From the NCBI GenBank assembly GCA_045047115.1, contig JASFYR010000019.1:1-64000 (forward strand): a stretch of 64,000 nt of DNA, given 5' to 3'. The notes below the pieces were generated by a model that saw nothing but the letters and a program-made list of their open reading frames with translations, searched no databases and was not told the DNA's origin. Source of the DNA: Sulfurospirillum sp. (GTDB lineage: Bacteria > Campylobacterota > Campylobacteria > Campylobacterales > Sulfurospirillaceae). Shown here one piece after another: positions 63,609 through 64,000 of the stretch (positions are counted from its first letter, which is position 1; each line of letters starts with the position of its first letter). The translations under genes and the position numbers were made by a program.

Positions 63609-64000
63609 CTAAGCTACAGAAACTATTTTTTTTTCATATGTATGGTGAATTTTCAGCATCTCATAGGCATATTGAATCTCTTGAAATTTTTTATTATAAT
63701 AAGATTTTAATGATAGGTTTGAGATGCCAAGTCTATCCGGATGATACTGTTTGACCAATTTTAAGTATCTTTCTCTGATTACTCCAAAGGAATCAACTTT
63801 TTTACATCCTAGTACATTATAGTAGTCTTCGAGTAGGTTAAAAAGTGCAAAATATCTATTTTTCCTCGATTTTTTTTCATTTAGAACTAATTTGTATGTT
63901 TCTATTTCGTCAGGATTAAAGTTGAAATTCACAAAAGAACCAAGCAATTCTCTTTGTACTAATAAATTTTCCAACAATTCAACAGTCTTATTTGAATTTG
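63609..64000 (-). CDS. C-terminal part of a DnaJ (J-domain) protein, truncated by the window end
   Basis: DYYNVLG, YLKLVKQYHPD, FQEIQYAYEML; frame open to the edge. Confidence 0.85.
   Translation of the reverse strand, partial: NSNKTVELLENLLVQRELLGSFVNFNFNPDEIETYKLVLNEKKSRKNRYFALFNLLEDYYNVLGCKKVDSFGVIRERYLKLVKQYHPDRLGISNLSLKSYYNKKFQEIQYAYEMLKIHHTYEKKIVSVA

Overview
AT-rich chromosomal segment from a Campylobacterota (epsilonproteobacterial) bacterium. The taxonomic call is an inference from HobA, FliW, epsilon-type FolP/RpoN/HrcA and Campylobacter-like gene order. Most of the window is housekeeping: hpf, fliW, bamD-lon, rpsF-ssb-rpsR, HDOD-rnr-holA, ilvC-dprA-ruvX, tatB-tatC-queA, hemH/hemW, rppH-lysC-hobA-holB-folP-ligA-tlyA-ribF, cmoA, rrf2-flhA-DHH, rpsO, hrcA-grpE-dnaK, dsbD, flgH, argG-rplI-hslVU-era and trpD-tsaE-lptB-rpoN. 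The main accessory system is an MSHA-like type IV pilus/competence (Cts-like) apparatus split over two loci. An assembly operon lies at 45.6-54.9 kb. A cluster of three minor pilins plus a 1280-aa MshQ-like adhesin lies at 0.76-6.6 kb, preceded by three overlapping micro-ORFs and a structured G-rich leader. The left end of a probable IS256-family element is at the window edge. Other points of note: argG has no ATG/GTG/TTG start and appears to begin at ATC; a perfect 54-bp hairpin-containing direct repeat lies between grpE and dnaK; long perfect inverted repeats sit in three divergent promoter regions; a 28-aa Trp/His-rich sORF has its own promoter and SD; an XRE regulator appears leaderless and is coupled to a small peptide; there is an orphan Cas2/VapD-like protein; and hrcA carries both HAIR and CIRCE operators. 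No rRNA, tRNA or CRISPR array was seen. All family assignments come from motif recognition by eye, not database searches.
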